DNA of 64,000 nt. Origin: Mantamonas sphyraenae STR306. Taxonomy: Eukaryota; Protista; CRuMs. The number at the start of each line of letters is the position of its first letter. Within the stretch, counting starts at the first letter, position 1. Under the pieces are notes generated by a model. It ran no database searches, was not told where the DNA came from, and saw only the letters and a program-made list of their open reading frames with translations. The stretch is taken from assembly GCA_026936335.1 (NCBI GenBank), contig JAPMXV010000077.1:44276-108275 (forward strand). The letters are read 5' to 3'. Shown here one piece after another: positions 59,004-64,000 of this stretch. The position numbers and the translations under genes are program-made.

Positions 59004-61044
59004 ATGACCGTCGTGCCACACCTGATGCCTTTCACGTGGACCTGTGTTGTGAAGACGGATAGTACTCGAGACTCGTGAACAAAAGGCGCAATGGCCATCC
59101 CGACGTGATGTCAACAGGGACAGAAAAAAAAAACGCTCCTACCACAAGGTATGTGATGTCAACCGCGCTCTAAGGCACCCAATACAAAAGGAAAGAATGA
59201 ACAAGTTTGACCAAGTCCTTGACTTAGTGAAGAGCAGTACGTGAATGTTAATTGATTTTTCAGCAATGGCACTAACCCGTGAGAACTGTAGATCCATCAT
59301 TGGGATACATCGCCCTTGTCTTGGTGGTGCTGGTGGTGTTGCTTTATTTTAACGGGAGTGGTGGGAAGCAGGGTCGCTGTTGGCGGAAACGTAGGAGGTA
59401 ACATCGACAACCGCACCGTGAACGGAAACAACAACAACATGGGTAGTGTCAGACAACGAAACAACCACCACGGAAAGCGAAAGAATGTCAGAATAAACTT
59501 CTGAGCACGCGAGGGCGAGTAGGAGGCAGGAATGATAGACAACCCCTTTGCTACCTTAAGCACAAACATGTCCAAGTCGTCCTGTGGAAAGCCTCGAGCG
59601 AGTGAAGGTGGCCTTGGCCAGCTGGACCGCCGTGAAGAAGTCGGGGCCACACCTCCGTGCAACGTACGGGCCCAAAGCTCGTACCCGGCGTCTATGGTGG
59701 ACGTTCCCGTAGAGGCAGATTTGATTGACGTGTCCCGTAACGAGTCCACCCTGGGAACACGTTGACCACACCCGCGTGTGCAGGGAGGCAGAGACGCCCC
59801 ACAACCCGATTTTCCACGGTGGCGCCAATCCCCCTGGTCTGCGTTCTCAGCCCTGCTGAGGATCACACAGACACGCGTCGAGCACATACACCCCACCCAA
59901 CCGTGCATACAACCTATGGGATGTGCCACATCACCCTCTACATGTCAATAGAGGTCCACCGCGAATACACGGGCCGCAGGAAACCCCACGCTCGCGCTAG
60001 AGGCGGGGAATCCGCCACCCGTTCCCTGCCGCTGCACCCCGCCACAGACCTCACCACGCCCCCACACTCTGCGTCCGGCCCCGTGTCACAGAGTGCCACC
60101 CGTTGCCTGATTCCCGATTTTGGGGTGAAATTTTGGCCGATCCTTTTTTGCAATGGGTGATGTCAGCACTTTTTCCACCTCAAAATGCAACCCCTGCTGA
60201 AACTGGGTCTATGCATAGATTCGCCATGGAAACCTCGACTTGTTCCTCGGCAGGATCACATGCGCTGTGTGTGCCGAGAACGGGGAGGTTGTTTGCGCCT
60301 TGTGTTTTTTTCCGGTGGCGCATGTGCCCCAAACGAACAACATGAACGAGAGGGCGATGCATCCCTTCCAATGGTGACAGAATCGTCCCTGCCTGTTCTG
60401 CCCGAGTCTGGATTGCGTGTGTCACCAGCGCTACTGCTCTCTTCTGCCCCTTTCACTCAGCTGAATCTGTCGGACCCAGCGCGTTCAGGGTAGCATGGCA
60501 GACGACCACAACACGCGCCTGCAGGTTCATGAGGTCTGATGCCAGCAAAAACCAAACCCACCTCACCTTCGTCCGCACCTCCGCTGCATGTGTGGCAGAC
60601 GGTACCCGCGCAAGGGCAGGGTGACGGACCACAAGAAGCAGGCAGTGGGGTTCGCCTGCGACGAGTGCGGTCATCGGCTGGCACGCAAGGACCGCCTGGC
60701 AGAGCACAAGTGCATCTACCACTGCTGCTGAGCAGAGGGCAGGAGCGCGGGGGAAGGGAGGGGGAAGGGACGACGGCAATGCAGCACACACACACACACC
60801 AACTGTCTTTCAATTCCACCATCGCCAACTGACAACTGATAGCCTGCTTCACAGTCTTGTGCAGTCGTTGTTTTTTCGTGCGTGCATGGATGTACGCATG
60901 GTGAGATGGTTCGTGTGGGACTGAGCAGATGCAAGAAGAGAGCAAACGAATGCAGTGCCATGCTGTGTTCCCTTGCTTCATTGTGCCGCCCATTGGGGGG
61001 TGCCCGAGTCCTTGGGCATGCGGCTGCTCGCACTCACTCTCCCA

Positions 61045-61365
61045 TCACCGGTTCAGCCTGGCCAGATTCACACGAGAATCCAGGAACATGTCACTCCTGT
61101 TGCTGCTGGCATTGTGGCCATGGCACATCGGGGCAATGTACCACGCGTTGCTGCTCCGACCGTCCGACACCCGAACATGCGCCCCAACCCGCGCATCATT
61201 GCTGCATCCCATCACGGAGCAGGAGCTTCGACGTGTCCCCGTGACCCCACGATACATCCCGAGCCACGAGCCGTACCCGTCGCGAGAGCTGGACCGAGCG
61301 TACCGGGGATTGCTGGTGCCGTTCACATTGCGCACGCGGAGGTTTGTGTTGCAGTTGAAGGACAT
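61045..61365 (-). CDS. 106-aa stand-alone His-Cys (HNH-like) domain protein
   Basis: VRNVNGTS...SWLGMY...CSVMGC..DARVGAHV...YIAPMCHGHN has the same motif order as the C-terminal domain of 19733-20341. It has a C/A-rich leader. Confidence 0.7.
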   Translation of the reverse strand: MSFNCNTNLRVRNVNGTSNPRYARSSSRDGYGSWLGMYRGVTGTRRSSCSVMGCSNDARVGAHVRVSDGRSSNAWYIAPMCHGHNASSNRSDMFLDSRVNLARLNR

Positions 61366-61429
61366 GTTTTGTTGGGTTGTGGTGATGGAGGGTGCGCAAG
61401 GAGCTCGGGTGTATTTTGAGCAAGACAGC

Positions 61430-61478
61430 GACTGCACGCCACTGCACGCCACTGCACGCCACTGCACGCCACTGCACA
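61430..61478. repeat. 10-bp tandem repeat (GCCACTGCAC) x ~4-5, upstream of the HNH-like gene
   Basis: Directly visible in the sequence. Confidence 0.85.
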
Positions 61479-62102
61479 CCCCTGAACAGCAGGCCATGCA
61501 ATTCTGACACCCATCAATTCTCTTCTGGCACCTCCACACGCCAGCGTCTCGGACAATCTACCCTTCGCTGCGGGTTTGTTTTGAAACTTGCTGTGTGCAG
61601 GAGGATGAAGTTGTTAATTCCCCCCCCTGCTGGCTCGATCTTTGTCTCAGGACTGTGCGACCCATAGACCTCTCCTGGAATCCTCCCGTGGATTATTACC
61701 AGCGAAGCCCCGTACATGGACCTAGCTGTTGTACAGACATTGAAAATCACAATGCGGATTGCCAAGGGTGTATCAAGGATGGGAAATGGGTTTGTTCGTC
61801 GGTGCATCCTCCATCTGGTGGAATCGCTGTTGCTGCTGGTGGCCGGGATTCTTGTTTGTGACTGGCAGTGATGTGTGACTGGAGCGGAGGAATGGGGGCA
61901 CACTGATGACGACCATCGTGGCAGCGAGTGTGCTGGTGGTGTGTCTGTGGTATGCGCTGCGAGATGTGTGGGCTGGTGTGCAGGAGAGACAGCGGGAGAA
62001 GCAAGTGGATGAGGACAAGGCGAGTGCAGCAGAGAAAGTTTTATGGCAGCGGTGACGTCCCCTGTTCCATGCGGATACCACACATGGGTCGCCCCGCCCG
62101 CC

Positions 62103-63990
62103 TCACTGCTTCTCCCCCATCAACTGCTGCACCAGTGCTTCCAGTGCACTGATCCGCTTCTCAAATGCAATTTCCGTACGCCAGCGACTCAACCGCTGCT
62201 CGGTCGTCTCTCCCATCACATTCGCTCCCAGGCCCAGCAGCAGCTCAAACAATCCACGGTCGTCCTCTTCGCCTGCAATCTGCAACGGCGTTCTCCCTCC
62301 CACCTGCGCATTCACGTCCACAAACTCCGCGCACACTTCAACCAGCGCGTGCGCTGCTTCGCCACCACGCAGCACATGCTCCCACACCGTCCGTGGCGCG
62401 TCTCCACCCACCATCTCCACATCATCCACCGAGTACCCTGCCTCCAACAGCACCCTCAACACGGCGACCTGTGCCGTCGTCGTCTCCACAGCCACGTGCA
62501 CCAGTTGCTGTCCTGCGGCGTTTGTCGTCTCGTCAGTCCTCGCCGCACCCGCAAGCGCCACCTGCAAACACTCACTGTGCCCTCGACGCACCAACACATG
62601 CAAGCACGTCTCATCACCTCCTGCGCTCTCCTCCCTGCGGCGCCCACCACTGCCATCCCGTCGCTGCACGTGCCAGCACACGCACCGCTGCTTCATCCCC
62701 CTCGCTGCACGCTTAGCCACGCCCACCTCTTTGCCGCCCTCACTCACATCGACGCCGTCATCTCTGCTGCCATGTCCATGCCCTCGGGCAACCACCAGGC
62801 CCACAGCACGCCCACATCCCACGCGCATCCACACGCTCCGACGTCAGCACCACTTGCACAACCTACCCGCTCCCACATGCTTCACCAACTCCACCAACAG
62901 TCTATCATCCACCGTCTCCTCCATCACCGCTGCTTTCCAACACCGTGCCCAGTTCTCCGTTCTTCCCCACGCTTGCCAACGGGGTCCCACCAAAGCGCAG
63001 CACCGTCTGCACCACCTCCACGTCGCCTCGACTCACTGCCACCTCCACGATCGTCTGTCCTTCCCCGTCGCGTACTTCCTGCACCTCTGCCCACCGTCGG
63101 TGCCTCCATCAACCCAAACAGCCTGCTCAGATCTTCTGCACACAGCGACGCCGTCATCGCGTGTGCCTACCAACTGTGACGACGTGCGCGAGTCCGTGGA
63201 CGATGATGAAGACGACGACGACTGCGTTCCCTCTTCAACAACGCTACCCATCGCAACCACGGGTGTGTCGTGTGCGCTACGGACAAGCAACGCCAGCGCG
63301 TGTCGAGGTTGCGACCAAGATCTCAGTCAGTCAGCAAAGCACGCGCACCGCTTTCGCCCATGCCCATCTGCACGCTCACGTGGTCCCCAGCCAGGCACAC
63401 CCAGCTGCCCACCAAGCCGTTCCACAAGCCACGCCACGGTTTCGCCTTTGACACGTTGCTGCACCGCACTCATGCGCCACCGCCACCAGCTCTAGCCACA
63501 CACACATCTCTCCCACACACCTGTTGCGCCCCTGTGCTGCCACACGCGCCGCCACTCAACACGTCCAAGCACTCATCGCTCGTCTCCGTTCAGTAGCACG
63601 CCCCATGGCACACCCCGTGTTTATCGCAACACCTTGCCACCTCCACCCGCACCTTGCTCTTCCCCATTACTCTCACTCACCCCGTCCTTGCCTGGAGCGT
63701 CCCATTTCGCCGCCGCGTCGTCATCGGCACGTCCACGCACCGACACCGTCCGACCATCAGCGTTTCCTTCCCCAGCCGCGCGTCTCTGCCAGCAGCTTCT
63801 CCACAGCCTCCACTCCCCTGCCTCTATCGCATCGATCAGTGCTTGTTGCACCTTGCGTTCAAATACATCTCGTCTTCCAGCTGCGGATACTCGCCCAGCA
63901 GCGCTTCGATCTCGTTGCGTGTTCGCCGATCCGCAATCATCAGTCCTTGTTGTCCGTCCCATTCGTACACGGATCCGTGTCGTGCTCCAA
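62103..63990 (-). pseudogene. Ankyrin-repeat gene: intact 3' part (62103-~62750) and frameshifted 5' part; may extend beyond the window
   Basis: Ankyrin motifs TCLHVLVRRGHSECLQV and DVNAQVGGRTPLQIA..LFELLLGLGANV. Upstream, ALIDAIEAG continues as EAVEKLLA only after a frame change near 63812. Confidence 0.55.
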
Positions 63991-64000
63991 CAGCCACTCT

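Overview
This is GC-rich, (CA/GT)n-rich eukaryotic DNA, most likely from a unicellular eukaryote; the taxon cannot be fixed from the sequence. Genes are compact and carry mostly short spliceosomal introns (GT donor, usually GTRAG, CTRAC branch site, YAG acceptor). Several of these introns join ORFs that the six-frame track splits. Positions ~0.2-42 kb are a mosaic of recent tandem, direct and inverted duplications, and most recognisable genes there are recognition or ubiquitin-ligation genes: (1) an F-box-like helical-repeat family with 2 genes and 1 relic; (2) 2 BTB-BACK-SPRY genes; (3) 2 RBR E3 ligases, one with a Ubl domain; (4) a vWA gene; (5) 2 LRR-ankyrin genes with a C-terminal F-box-like motif and hypervariable LRR faces; (6) a SAM-CHAT(caspase-like)-NB-ARC-TPRx23 NLR. 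One ~37-aa Cys/His zinc-binding leader (MSTRxCxTC...C-x5-C-x6-C-xx-HHC) is grafted onto four unrelated C-termini in five genes. The direct repeats that bracket the cargo genes themselves carry small microprotein ORFs. Further right are a DUF3825/RGG protein head-to-head with a 144-bp x ~26 coding repeat gene, several membrane or secreted proteins, a stand-alone His-Cys (HNH-like) domain gene related to one at 19.7 kb, and a frameshifted ankyrin gene. The best candidate for an undescribed system is a protist innate-immunity/ubiquitin 'defence island' diversified by repeat shuffling and module swapping. That function is inferred, not shown. All domain calls were made by eye from motifs, and repeat boundaries are approximate.
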